Below, piece after piece: positions 50,280 to 63,920 of a stretch of 64,000 bases of DNA; position 1 is the stretch's first letter; every line of letters begins with the position of its first letter. The position numbers were made by a program, and so were the translations under genes. The notes under the pieces are model-generated. The model was not told the DNA's origin, did not search any database, and saw only the letters and a program-made list of their open reading frames with translations. The DNA is from Mobula hypostoma (lineage: Eukaryota): contig NC_086097.1 of the NCBI RefSeq assembly GCF_963921235.1, positions 107,758,001 through 107,822,000 on the forward strand, in the 5' to 3' direction.

Positions 50280-53200
50280 TTAAGTATGCTCCGCTTTTCA
50301 ATCATAGCAGATCCTTTTTCCTCCCTTCTTCAGCCCCACTCCCTGGCCTTATCCCTGTAACCTTTCATGCCATGTCCATTCAAGAACCCATCACACTCTG
50401 TCTTAAATATACCCAATGACCTGGCCTCTACAGCTGTCTGTGGTAATAAATTCCACAAATTCACCACCCTCTGGCTATGAAATTTCTTTGCTTTAAATGG
50501 ACGCCCCTCTATCCTAACGCCATGCCCTCTTGCCCGAGACACCCTGACGATGGAAAACATCCTTTCCACATCAATTCTGTCTAGGCCTTTCAACATTAGA
50601 AAGATTTCAATCAGATCTCCCCTCATCCTTCTAAATTTCAGCAAGTACAGACCCACAGCCATCAAACGTGCCTCATATGATAACCATTTAATTCCCGAAA
50701 TCAACCTTGTGAACCTCCTCTGAACCCTCTCCAATGCCAGCACATCGTTTCTTAGATGAAGAGCCCAAAACTGTTCACAATACTCAAGGTGAGGCCTCAC
50801 CAGTGCCTTCTCTGCTCTTGTATTATAGACCTCTTGAAATAAATGCTAACATTGCATTTGTCTTCCTCATCACCGGCTCAACCTGCAAATTGGTTCTTTA
50901 GGATGTTCGCACAAGGTCTCCCAAGTCCCTTGGCATCTCAGATTTTTGGATTTTCTCCCTGTTAAGAAAATAGTTCGCACATCCATTTCAACTACCAAAG
51001 TACATGACCATACATTTTCCAACATTGTATTTCATTTGCCTCTTTCTTGCCCATTCTCCTAATCTGTCTAAGTCCTTCTGTAGCCTATCTGTTTCCTCAA
51101 TACTACCTGCCCCTCCACCAATCTTCGTATCATCTACAAACTTGGCAACAAAGACATCTACTCTATCATCTAAATCACTGACATACAGCATAAAAAGAAG
51201 CGGTCCCAACACCAACCCCTGCAGAACACCACTAGTCACTAGCAGACAACCAGAAAAGGATCCTTTTATTCCCACTTGCTTCCTCCTACTAATCAGCCAA
51301 TGTTCTAACCATGGTAGTAACTTTCCTATAATACCATGGGGTCTTAACTTGGTAAGCAGCCTCATGTATGGCACCTTGTCAAAGGCCTTCTGAAAGTCCA
51401 AAAATACAACATCCACTGCATCCCCTTTAACTATCCTACTTGTAATCTCATCAAAGAATTCCAACGGGTTCATCAGGCAAGATTTTCCCTTAAGGATATC
51501 ATGCTGACATTGTCCTATATTGTCCTGTGTCGGTAAGTACTCCATAACCTCATCCTTAATAATTGACTCCAACATCTTCCCAGCCACTGAGGTCAGGCTA
51601 ACTGGTCTATAATTTCTTTCCTGCTGTCTTCCACCTTTCTTAAAGAGTGGAGTGACATTTGCAATTTTCCAGTCCTTTGGCACCAAGCCAGAGTCCAATG
51701 ATTTTTGAAAGATCATTACTAATGCCTCCACAATCTCTACCACTATCTCTTTCAGAACCCTAGAGTGCAGTTCATCATGTCCGGGTGACTTACGTATTTG
51801 AGCACCTTCTCCCTTGTAATAGTAACTTCTCTTCCCTCACACATCTAGCACACTGCCAGTGTCTTCCACAGTGAAGGCTGATGCAAAATGCTCATATAGT
51901 TCATCTGCCATCTCCTTGTCCGCCATTATTATTTTTCTGGCCTCATTTTCTAGCAGTCCTATATCCACTCTCATCTTTTATTTTTTACATGAAAAAGCTT
52001 TTACTATCACTTTGATATTGTTTGCTAGCTTGCTTTCATATTTCTTCTTGCGCATTTCTTAGCACGCATGCGCCGGTCGGGCATGCAGCCTGTTACAGTT
52101 GCTCCGTCTAGTTTTCTTACTTTTCTTCCTTTTTAAACTTTTTTACCTTACATTATTTGTTGTATTTTTCTCACGGTAACACGTTGAAGCTGCACCCTCT
52201 CTAACATGCTGGCGGAGAGTTTTATATGGGTTTTTAGCACTGGAAATAGTTACATTCGGACGCGTCTCATTAGTGTGGCAGCAGTATGGTCGCATTGTTT
52301 ATTCCAGGGACCAGCTAATTGCGTTCATGCCGGCCTGTTTAGCGAGCAGAGCAGCAGACACCCCGGCTGAAATCTGGAGGAAAACACACAGAGGATGCAG
52401 AGGGGGATCAAAAAGGCGAGGGAAGAGGACCGGGTTGAGACAACAGCGGCTTACGGAGAAGAGAAGTCATAAGCCGTGTCTCCCCTCGCTCATTATGGGC
52501 AATGTGAGGTCGCTGGGTAATAAAATGGACGAGTTGACGGCGTTAGTCAGGAGTCAGAGAACATTTTGGGAGAGCAGTGTTATGTGTTTTACTGAAACGT
52601 GGCTGCACGAGGACATACCCGATCAAAACGTTTCCATAGACAGCTTCCAGACCGTTCAGGCTGACCGGAATTGCACTGAGAGCAGTAAGCGTAAAGGAGG
52701 CGGGCTTGCTGTTCTGGTAAACAACAGATGGTGCAATCCTGGTCATATTACGGTCAAGGACCGTGTTGTAGCCCGGATATTGAACTTTTTGCTGTTGGAC
52801 TCCGCCCATATTATTTGCCAAGGGAAATCTCACATGCAATTGTGGTTCTTGTGTACATCCCTCCCTCTGCCAACCTGACGTCGGTGTGTAACATCATTTA
52901 CTCCGTCATAGTCAGATTACAAACACAGCACCCGAGTGCCCTCATTACCATCTCGGGTGACTTTAACCATGTTACCATGGCTAGAACACTGCTCAACTCC
53001 ACGCAGTATGTGAGCTGTACAACCAGAGGGGAGAGGACTCTGGATTTGATGTATGCTAACGTTAAGGATACATACAGCTCCTCTCCTCTCCCCCCACTGG
53101 GAAGATCAGATCACAACCTGGTGCATCTAAAACCCTGCTACGTGCCTCAGGTGAAGAGTAAACCTGCAACCTCGAGGACAGTGAGGAAATGGTCGGAGGA

Positions 53201-55845
53201 GGCTTATGAGGCGCTCCAGGGTTGTTTTGAGGTGACAGACTGGCAGGCACTCTGTGAGCCACATGGAGTGGATATTGATAGGCTCACAGACTTCTATGTG
53301 GACTGCAATGTTCCAACAAGAACTGTCCTTTGTTATTCAAATAACAAGCCACGGGTGACAAAGGACATTAAGGACATTCTGAACGCTAAAAAGAGGGTGT
53401 TTAGATATGGAAATAGGGAGGAGCTGAGGGCAATACAGAGGGACCTGAAAGCCAGGATCAGGGAGGCTGAAGACAGGTACAGGAGGAAGCTTGAGAGGAA
53501 ACTCCAGCAGAACAACATGAGAGAGGTCTGGAGTGGGATGAGGACCATCACTGGGTTCCAGCAAACTAGCAACAGAGGAGCTGAAGGCAGTGTGGACAGG
53601 GCCAACGAACTTAACCTGTTCTTTAACAGATTTGACATTGTGGCCTCTGCCCATCCCCCACATGATTCATCTGTTGTCAGCCCCCAACCAACACATATTC
53701 CACTCTCCCCTCCTACCCCTCCTCACAGTCCCCCACCCTGCTCTCATGACTATACCCCTTCCCCACACAAATTCACCACAGTGGGCTTCACAGCTGAACA
53801 GGTGAGAAGACAGTTGAAACGTCTCAACCCAAGCAAGGCTGCAGGCCCGGATGGTGTCAGTACCAGGATGCTCAAAGCCTGTGCCCCTCAGCTATGTGGA
53901 GTACTTCACCATGTATTCAACCTGAGCCTGAGGCTCCGGAGGGTTCCTGTATTGTGGAAGACGTCCTGCCTCGTCCCTGTGCCGAAGACGCCGCGCCCCA
54001 GCGGCCTCAATGACTACAGACGGGTGGCATTGACCTCCCACATCATGAAGACCCTAGAGAGACTTGTTCTGGAGCTGCTCTGGCCTATGGTTAGGCCACA
54101 CTTAGATCTCCTCCAGTTCGCGTACCAGCCCCGACTAGGAGTTGAGGATGCCATCGTCTACCTGCTGAACCGTGTCTACGCCCACCTGGACAAGCCAGCG
54201 AGCACATGAGGGTCATGATTTTTGACTTCTCCAATGCGTTCAACACCATTTGCCCTGCTCTGCTGGGGGAGAAGCTGACAGCGATGCAGGTGGATGCATT
54301 CCTGGTGTCATGGATTCTTGATTACCTGACTGGCAGACCACAGTACGTGTGCTTGCAACACAGTGTGTCCGACAGAGTGATCAGCAGCACTGGGGCTCCA
54401 CAGGGAACTGTCTTGTCTCCCTTTCTCTTCACCATTTACACCTCGGACTTCAACTACTGCACAGAGTCTTGTCATCTTCAGAAGTTTTCTGATGACTCTG
54501 CCATAGTTGGATGCATCAGCAAGGGAGATGAGGCTGAGTACAGGGCTACGGTAGGAAACTTTGTCACATGGTGTGAGTAGAATTATCTGCAGCTTAATGT
54601 GAAAAAGACTAAGGAGCTGGTGGTGGACTTGAGGGGGCTAAGGCACCGGTGACCCGTTTCCATCCAGGGGGTCAGTGTGGACATGGTGGAGGATGACAAA
54701 TACCTGGGGATATGAATTGACTATAAACTGGACTGGTCAAAGAACACTGAGGCTGTCTACAAGAAGGGTCAGAGCTGTCTCTATTTCCTGAGGAGACTGA
54801 GATCCTTTAACATCTGTCAGACGATGCTGAGGATGTTCTACGAGTCTGTGGTGGCCAGTGCTATCATGTTTGCTGTTGTGTGCTAGGGCAGAAGGCTGAG
54901 GGTAGCAGACACCAACAGAATCAACAAACTCATTCGTAAGGCCAGTGATGTTGTGGGGATGGAACTGGACTCTCTGATGGTGGTGTCTGAAAAGAGGATG
55001 CTGTCCAAGTTGCATGCCATCTTGGACAATGTCTCCTATCCACTACATAATGGACTGGTTGGGCACAGGAGTACATTCAGCCAGAGACTCATTCCACCGA
55101 GATGCAACACAGAACGTCATAGTAAGTCATTCCTGCCTGTGGCCATCAAACTTCACAACTCCTCCCTTGGAGGGTCAGATACCCTGAGCCAATAGGCTGG
55201 TCCTGGACTTATTTCCTGGCATAATTTACATATTAATATTTAATTATTTATGGCTTTATTACTATTTAATTATTTATGGTGCAATTGTAACGAAAACCAG
55301 TTTCCCTCGGGATCAATAAAGTATGACTATGACTATGACTATTCGTTTCCCTCCTGATGATTCTTTTAGTTGCTTTTTATAGGTTTTTAAAAACTTCCTC
55401 ATCTTTTATCTTCCTGTGAATTTTTGTTTTGTTAGATGCCCTCTCTTTTGCTTTTACATTAGCTTTGACTTCCCTTGTTAGCCATGGTTGTACTGTTTTG
55501 ACATTTGAGTATTTCTTCATTTTTGGAATACATCTCTCCTGCACCATCCTTATTTTCCCAGAAACTCCAGCCATTGCTGCTCTGCTGACACCCCTGCCAG
55601 CATCTCCTTCAAATTTACTTTGGTCAAATCCTCTCTCATACCACTGTAATTTCCTTTACTCCACTGAAATACTGCTATGTCAGACACCAGTTTCTCCCTA
55701 TCAAGTTTCAAGTTCAACTCAATCATATTGTGATCACTGTCTCTTAAGGATTCTTTTACCTTAAGCTCCTTAATTACCTCTGGTTCATTACACAACACCC
55801 CTAAGTAGGCTTAACGCCAAACTGGTCTAAAAATCCATCATGTGA
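50280..55845 (-). mobile_element. CR1 ORF2 (50280-52043 plus 55342-55845), split by a Rex1 LINE
   Basis: RT 50988-51743, C-terminus 50330-50800, endonuclease end 55550-55798 (SDHNMIE). Confidence 0.92.
52044..55341 (+). mobile_element. Apparently full-length Rex1/Babar LINE, pseudogenised
   Basis: 5'UTR; YSRDQL N-terminus; APE (GNVRSLGNKMDEL, CFTETWL, SGDFNH, SDH); RT (FDFSNAFNTI, GAPQGTVLSP, FSDD); AATAAAGT(ATGACT)n tail. Confidence 0.93.
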
Positions 55846-56650
55846 TTAGTCATTAATTACACCTCAGTTGATTTATTATGTACATTTCTGGATAGAAAAC
55901 CAATCAAAATGTTAAAAAAGCTGCAAATGTACTTTACTCTGATGTTGTTAAGTCTTCATTTTTGAGGGGTTAAGTCTGAATCCTTTGGAAGAGAGAAAAT
56001 TTAAAAGCTGACTTAAATTAGGCATCAAAGATAATGAATACTAGTGATAGAAAGGATAGGGAAAAAGAAAATCCTCCACTCATTTTGTTAAAAACCACAG
56101 CTGATAAATTCAAAACCATTGCTGAAAGATCTTCACAGGAAATTATGAGTTCTTTTCAGTTCTGTTGTCAGTTTCTAAAATCTTTCCTGGAGAGATTCAA
56201 AAGTTGTCATCCTAATTTTAAAATGTTTGAAAACTGTGTCTGAAAACCAGTGTGAGATTTACTAAGTGTGTTTTTTCAAGGAACTTGTGCAGGAACAATA
56301 AGATGAGTGGCTGTAACTTTCTAATTTTCTTTCCTCTTCCTGCCGTGTCTGATATACGGTAGCCTCAAAAGAAAGACCTGTAGTCCAGAATGAACAGTTA
56401 GGCCTTCAAGGGAAAATGGCGAGTACAAGTACAAAATGCTCCCTGTAGGTGGTGCCCAGGGGTTCTAGAAGTTCTATTTAATTAAAGGGATGGTGTGGGG
56501 GATGAAGGGGATAGATTGCTCAACTATAATGTGAGTAGGTAGTGACCATTAGCATAAAATCCTGACAAAAGACTTATTCCAACCTGATTTAGCAGCTCCT
56601 TATACTGAGCAAAGAGCAAAAAGCATTGGATAGAATTGGGTACGAGGCAA

Positions 56651-57185
56651 TCACCAATGGACACTTTGTCAGATCCATCTGTACACCTGCTCCTTAATGC
56701 AAATATCTCATCAGCCAATCATGTGGCAGCAACTCAATGCATAAAAGCATGATATCATGGCTAAGAGGTTCAGTTGTTGTTGAGGTCAAACATCAGAACA
56801 GGGAAGAAATGTGATGTAAGTGACTTTGACTGTGGAATGATTGTTGGCGCCAGACGGGGTGGTTTGAGTATCTCAGAAACTGTTGACCCCCTAGGATTTT
56901 CACGCACAACAGTCTCTTAGAGTTCACAGAGAATAGTGTGATTTTTTTTAAATCCAGTGAGCTCAGTTCTATGGGCAAAAATGCCTTGTTAACGTGAAGT
57001 CAGAGGAGAATTGCCAGACAGGTTCAAGCTGACAGGAAGATGACAGTAACTCAAATAAACACGCATTTCAACCATTGTGTGCAGAAAACCACCTCTGAAT
57101 GTGCAACACATCAGAACTTGAAGCGGATGTGCTACAGCAGTAGAAGACTACACTCCTGTACTTAATAAAGTGGCCACTGAGTGTA
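56651..57185 (+). mobile_element. Non-autonomous Tc1-like element, uninterrupted copy
   Basis: Colinear with 18868-19190 plus 23296-23483; right TIR TAATAAAGTGGCCACTGAGTGTA. Confidence 0.85.
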
Positions 57186-58066
57186 ACATCCATGCCAATG
57201 TCCAACCTTTATTCACTTTGGTCATCTTAAAGTCCTCAAGAAGATTCATCACTGAGATTAGTTGATGAGGTGTGCTGTAATTCAATGTACAGATCTTGAT
57301 TACAACAACTTGCTGCTCAGCAATGTCTTGGACAGTTGCAAGCATGAAACTTGGGCCAATATCAACACTCAGCTGTTTGGTACAGTATATGGTTAAAATA
57401 TTTAGCAATCACCTGCTTCTGTCCCCAAAACAATAGGCTCAATGTTATAAGTTTCAGATAAAATCTTGACTAAAACAACTATGTATTTGCAACTGCAAAT
57501 ATCTTGCTTCCCAGAAGTAGATGATGACACCATAAAGTTAATATATATTAGAAACCTGGTGCTTCCTCAGCATTTGTTATTTAAACTGCGTGATGGCTAT
57601 CACATATCCATGATTAATACCCATTTTGTTAATTTTCATTAATATTCAAAACCAATTAGATAATTCAAAGATAATTATTCAAATAATTCAAAGTTTACTG
57701 TTGCATAACGCAGGTCGTCAAGCTTATTGTCATTTAACTATATACATGTATACCATTAAATGAGACAACATTTCTCCGGACCAGGGTGTAAAGCACACAT
57801 GCAACACACAATAACTTAAGAATAATATCTACAAATGAATTATGCATAAAGTGCATAAACTAAATATTGTAGGGTACAGAACAATAAACCTACAGAATTT
57901 AGAAGGGCCATTTCATTCTTGAGAGCTAGGTGCCATACGCATCTTTAGGAGAGGACCTTACAATCCTGTGACTATTGCACATTACGTAGACATAGTTTCA
58001 AATGGATTTTCACATTCTCTGCAGGGCAATACTGTAAGTTCCCATTGATCCAGGTTCAGTACTTGC

Positions 58067-58163
58067 CTTGTTCAGAGAATCAGGAAGCAGTTCATCATAA
58101 AGTTCTCCTGTGATCATCGTTACAGAAGTTGCACTGGACAGAGGTTTAAACTGTGAAATGTCT
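58067..58163 (-). pseudogene. Candidate exon A (97 nt, open frame, GC donor)
   Basis: Acceptor tttttctcttttattgcAG; donor AAG|GCAAGT; DISQFKPLSSATSVTMITGELYDELLPDSLNK. Confidence 0.65.
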
Positions 58164-58839
58164 CTGCAATAAAAGAGAAAAAATTTAAGATGCCAATAAC
58201 TTACATGAGATTGCATGCATAATTTACCACAATACCATGACAACAAACACAAACAGAAATAACTTCAAAACCCTTTGCTTCCTCTCTCAAGTTACAAGTT
58301 TTACTGTAAATCACAAGTTACTTATAATTATTACATTCACTAGGCAGACCCAAAGTCTGGTTACTATATCTCCAAAGAGATTAATGCTTTGCTTGAGGTT
58401 ATTTAGTTTGTGTTAAGAATTACAGCTGATCAGGATAATTTATCTTCAGTTTCACCCTACTGTATACTCCATTATAAAAGCTTTCATAAAAAGGATATCC
58501 ATGTTAAAAATGCAAGGAAGTATGTTTTTATCAGTAAAATGAAATAAAAGAACCAAGGAGCTATTGGCTAAACCTTTCCGTTTGCTCAATATATGAATAT
58601 ACTTTGTGTTATTGCCATTTTGCTTTCTGGATCGACTGAACTGCATCAGTAGCTGAGGGCTTCATTCCATTGACCTGAGATCCTTGGCTGTGTTCTTTCA
58701 TGGATTGCCTTTTATGTGGAGCACAACTCACACTGCTTCAGTGAGGGAATACAGTGTAGGACCAGGCACAGCACAAGCAGCTAACAGCACTCTCAGAAAA
58801 CCTTTGATGCACATTAGGTATGATTAGTAAGTCTGTGGC

Positions 58840-60015
58840 AGCATGGAGATTGGTGGTGCTGTGGACACCAAAGTAGGTTGTCTAAGATTGCAGCTGAGTA
58901 TGAATCAGAATAAAAATTGGACAGAATATTAATACGTAGAATTTCATCCTGACAAGTGCACGGCGATGCATGTCTAATAGGGGTGAGGCACATACAGAAA
59001 ATGATAGGGTACAAAGAAATGAAGAACAGAAAGACCAAGGGGTGCAAGTCTATGGTTTCCTGAAAGTGGCAACACGGGCCTATGAGGTGAGCAATGCATT
59101 TTGCACGCTTGTCCTCTTAGGCTGGGTTATGGAATACACTGTTGGAGTTGAGACATTGTATTGCAACTTTACAAAGTTTGGAGTATTGTCTGAACAAGTC
59201 TGGTCACCACACTTTAGGAAGAATATGATTCCTTTGGAATGGGTAGAGAGGAAATCCACCAACATCTCAGCTAGACTGGATATCTTTAGTTATGTAGAGA
59301 TTGGATAGAATGAGCTTGTTTCCCCAAGACCTGAAAGAAGTAAACTACATTACAAGAGGCAAAATCCTTTTCCCATGGTGGGAATATCAATAACAAGTGG
59401 TCATAGGTCTAAAGTGAGAGGAAGGAGACTTAGAGGATCTGAGTCATATTTTTTATTTTACACAGAGAATGCTCCCCAGGGACGGCCCCTGCATTCGAAT
59501 GGTCTCTCTCTCCCTCGATGCAGTCTAAGGATGGTACCGAAGTTCTGAGTCAGCAGTTTATGGACTAGACTAACGAACATTGAGCAGCACTGAATATGGA
59601 CTCTTTTGATTTTGTGTTTCATTTTCTGTGTTTTGACCCGTTCTTTCTTGTTGCTGTTTGCACGATTTGATTCTTTTGTGCGGGGGGGGGGGACGGTTGA
59701 GGGTTTTCCTTTCAAGGGCTCCATGCTTTTCTTTGTTTTGTGGCTCTCTGTGGAAAAGATGATTCTCAGGGTTGTAAACTGCATAGACACTTTGATAATA
59801 AATGTATTTGGAACCCCTTGAGTAGTTGATTTCTGAAACTCTGCCAGAGGTGGTGGTGGAATCAGATGCAACTGCAATGTTTCAGAGTCATTTAGATAGA
59901 CTGTTAAATAGGCAAGGCATAGATGGACATGGTCCCCAATATGTTCAAATGGAAAGGTAGAAACGTCTGCGCAGATACGGTGGGCAAAGGGCCCCATTTC
60001 AGTGCTATACAACAC
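58840..60015 (+). mobile_element. Old CR1 3' region with inserted LINE-3'UTR repeat (about 59470-59815)
   Basis: EQVWSPHFRKNMIPLEWVERK remnant. Confidence 0.7.
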
Positions 60016-60305
60016 TATCAATTGATAAGAATGGCAACAGCGACTCAAATCAAAGTATCAATGGTAGTCATGTGAAAACCATTTCCATATCACCAAGGAA
60101 GAGTATGTAAAATGCAGGATGATATGGTATAGAGATGGTGCCTGGGCTACACCAGGGACAGATTATATAACCACACTTTGTTATATATCATAGTAGGTAG
60201 TGGTTTGTTCATTGGATCTGCACTGGCTCTTTAAAAAAGCAACAATTTGCACTTTGACTTTACCCATCAATACTCTTTTGATAGGATTGGATCTGTATCT
60301 ACTAC

Positions 60306-60490
60306 CTTTCAGGTTCTGCATCGAAATCATATCTCCTCAATTCATAACCAGATCTCACTTCACTTCCCCTTTGTTTTTCTCTTTGTCAAATATCTTAATT
60401 CTCTGATGAACTACTTTTGAGAGGCAAATATTTGGTATGTGCCTCGTCGATTTGCAGTTGGAAGATGGCATTTTTATTTTATTGTCCCCA
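60306..60490 (-). pseudogene. Candidate exon G (3' part), probably continuing beyond the CR1 at 63921-64000
   Basis: IFQLQIDEAHTKYLPLKSSSSEN*DI*QREKQRGSEVRSGYELRRYDFDAEPE, phase-2 end AG|GTAGTA matching the phase-2 start of exon A. Confidence 0.4.
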
Positions 60491-63400
60491 TGGATTGACA
60501 GTGGATATGCAATGGCAAGCATTTAAGGATTGCATGGATGAACTACAACAATTGTTCATCCCAGTTTGGCAAAAGAATAAATCAAGGAAGGTAGTGCACC
60601 CGTGGCTGACAAGAGAAATTAGGGATAGTATCAATTCCAAAGAAGAAGCATACAAATTAGCCAGAAAAAGTGGCTCACCTGAGGACTGGGAGAAATTCAG
60701 AGTTCAGCAGAGGAGGACAAAGGGCTTAATTAGGAAGGGGAAAAAAGATTATGAGAGAAAACTGGCAGGGAACATAAAAACTGACTGTAAAAGCTTTTAT
60801 GGATATGTAAAAAGGAAAAGACTGGTAAAGACAAATGTAGGTCCCCTACAGACAGAAACAGGTGAATTGATTATGGGGAGCAAGGACATGGCAGACCAAT
60901 TGAACAATTACTTTGGTTCTGTCTTCACTAAGGAGGACATAAATAATCTTCCAGAAATAGTAGGGGACAGAGGGTCCAGTGAGATGGAGGAACTAAGCGA
61001 AATACATGTTAGTAGGGAAGTGGTGTTGGGTAAATTGAAGGGATTAAAGGCAGATAAATCCCCAGAGCCAGATGGTCTGCATCCCAGAGTGCTTAAGGAA
61101 GTAGCCCAAGAAATAGTGGATGCATTAGTGATAATTTTTCAAAACTCTTTAGATTCTGGACTAGTTCCTGAGGATTGGAGGGTGGCTAATGTAACCCCAC
61201 TTTTTAAAAAAGGAGGGAGAGAGAAACCGGGGAATTATAGACCGGTTAGCCTAACGTCAGTGGTGGGGAAACTGCTGGAGTCAGTTATCAAAGATGTGAT
61301 AACAGCACATTTGGAAAGCGGTGAAGTCAGCATGGATTTGTGAAAGGAAAATCATGTCTGACGAATCTCAGAATTTTTTGAGGATGTAACTAGTAGAGTG
61401 GATAGGGGAGAACCAGTGGATGTGGTATATTTGGATTTTCAAAAGGCTTTTGACAAGGTCCCACACAGGAGATTAGTGTGCAAACTTAAAGCACACGGTA
61501 TTGGGGGTAAGGCATATGACAAGATAGGCAGAACTCAGCATGGATTCCTTAAATGAAAATCCTGCCTGACAAACCTATTACAATTTTTTGAGGAAATTAC
61601 CAGTAGGCTAGACAAGGGAGATGCGGTGGATGTTGTATATTTGGATTTTCAGAAGGCCTTTGACAAGGTGCCACACATGAGGCTACTTAACAAGATAAGA
61701 GCCCATGGAATTACAGGAAAGTTACATACGTGGATAGAGCGTTGGCTGATTGGCAGGAAACAGAGAGTGGGAATAAAGGGATCCTATTCTGGTTGGCTGC
61801 CGGTTACCAGTGGTGTTCCACAGGGATCAGTGTTGGGGCCGCTTCTTTTTACATTGTACATCAACGATTTGGATTATGGAATAGATGGCTTTGTGGCTAA
61901 GTTTGCTGACGATACGAAGATAGGTGGAGGGGCCGGTAGTGCTGAGGAAACGGAGAGTCTGCAGAGAGACTTGGATAGATTGGAAGAATGGGCAGAGAAG
62001 TGGCAAATGAAGTACAATGTTGGAAAGTGTATGGTTATGCACTTTGGCAGAAAAAATAAACGGGCAGACTATTATTTAAATGGGGAAAGAATTCAGCGTT
62101 CTGAGATGCAACGGGACTTGGGAGTCTTCGTACAGGATACCCTTAAAGTTAACCTCCAGGTTGAGTTAGTAGTGAAGGAGGTGAATGCAATGTTGGCATT
62201 CATTTCTAGAGGAATAGAGTATAGGAGCAGGGATGTGATGTTGAGGCTCTATAAGGCGCTGGTGAGACCTCACTTGGAGTACTGTGGGCAGTTTTGGTCT
62301 CCTTATTTAAGAAAGGATGTGCTGACATTGGAGAGGGTACAGAGAAGATTCACTAGAATGATTCCGGGAATGAGAGGGTTAACATATGAGGAACGTTTGT
62401 CCGCTCTTGGACTGTATTCCTTGGAGTTTAGAAGAATGAGGGGAGACCTCATAGAAACATTTCGAATGTTAAAAGGCATGGACAGAGTGGATGTGGCAAA
62501 GTTGTTTCCCATGATGGGGGAGTCTACTACGAGAGGGCATGACTTAAGGATTGAGGGGTGCCCTTTCAGAACAGAAATGCGAAGAAAGTTTTTTAGTCAG
62601 AGTGTGGTGAATCTATGGAATTTGTTGCCACGGGCAGCAGTGGAGGCCAAGTCATTGGGTGTATTTAAGGTAGAGATTGATAGGTATCTGAGTAGCCAGG
62701 GCATCAAAGGTTATGGTGAGAAGGCGGGGGAGTGGGACTAAATAGAATGGATCAGCTCATGATAAAATGGCAGAGCAGACTCGATGGGCCGAATGGCCTA
62801 CTTCTGCTCCTTTGTCTTATGTGGATGGAGAATTGGTTAGCAGACAGGAAGCAAAGAGTGGGAATAAACGGGACCTTTTCAGAATGGCAGGCGGTGACTA
62901 GTGGGGTACCGCAAGGCTCAGTGCTGGGACCCCAGTTGTTTACAATATATATTAATGACTTGGATGAGGGAATTAAATGCAGCATCTCCAAGTTTGCGGA
63001 TGACACGAAGCTGGGCGGCAGTGTTAACTGTGAGGAGGATGCTAAGAGGATGCAGGGTGACTTGGATAGGTTGGGTGAGTGGGCAAATTCATGGCAGATG
63101 CAATTTAATGTGGATAAATGTGAAGTTATCTACTTTGGTGGCAAAAATAGGAAAACAGATTATTATCTGAATGGTGGCCGATTAGGTGCAACGAGACCTG
63201 GGTGTCATTATACACCAGTCATTGAAAGTGGGCATGCAGGTACAGCAGGCGGTGAAAAAGGCGAATGGTATGCTGGCATTTATAGCGAGAGGATTCGAGT
63301 ACAGGAGCAGGGAGGTACTACTGCAGTTGTACAAGGCCTTGGTGAGACCACACCTGGAGTATTGTGTGCAGTTTTGGTCCCCTAATCTGAGGAAAGACAT

Positions 63401-63920
63401 CCTTGCCATAGAGGGAGTACAAAGAAGGTTCACCAGATTGATTCCTGGGATGGCAGGACTTTCATATGAAGAAAGACTGGATGAACTGGGCTTGTACTCG
63501 TTGGAATTTAGAAGATTGAGGGGGGATCTGATTGAAACGTATAAAATCCTAAAGGGATTGGACAGGCTAGATGCAGGAAGATTGTTCCCGATGTTGGGGA
63601 AGTCCAGAACGAGGGGCCACAGTTTGAGGATAGAGGGGAAGCCTTTTAGGACCGAGATTAGGAAAAACTTCTTCACACAGAGAGTGGTGAATCTGTGGAA
63701 TTCTCTGCCACAGGAAACAGTTGAGGCCAGTTCATTGGCTATATTTAAGAGGGAGTTAGATATGGCCCTTGTGGCTACGGGGGTCAGGGGGTATGGAGGG
63801 AAGGCTGGGGTGGGGTTCTGAGTTGGATGATCAGCCATGATCATAATAAATGGCGGTGCAGGCTCGAAGGGCCGAATGACCTACTCCTGCACCTATTTTC
63901 TATGTTTCTATGTTTTTATG
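60491..63920 (+). mobile_element. Young CR1 (same subfamily as 19676-22900), split by another CR1
   Basis: 60491-61512 and 62821-63920 align nearly base-for-base with 20748-22900. Confidence 0.95.
61513..62820 (+). mobile_element. CR1 of a different subfamily nested in CR1
   Basis: Uninterrupted 371-aa RT and C-terminal ORF 61626-62741, with its own 3'UTR ending GGCCTACTTCTGCTCCTTTGTCTTAT. Confidence 0.93.

Noticed and set aside
45914..58163. Assigning a gene symbol to the candidate exons
   Set aside because: I could not match the peptides to any protein I recognise, so they are left unnamed pending a homology search.
59458..60048. Hydrophobic or basic ORFs here and at 7483-7977 and 17704-18000
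   Set aside because: They run through T-rich repeat 3'UTRs and degenerate CR1; compositional artefacts.
60417..61343. 308-aa ORF with a novel N-terminus fused to CR1
   Set aside because: It begins at a TTG in flanking DNA that happens to be in frame with a 5'-truncated CR1; no sign of expression.
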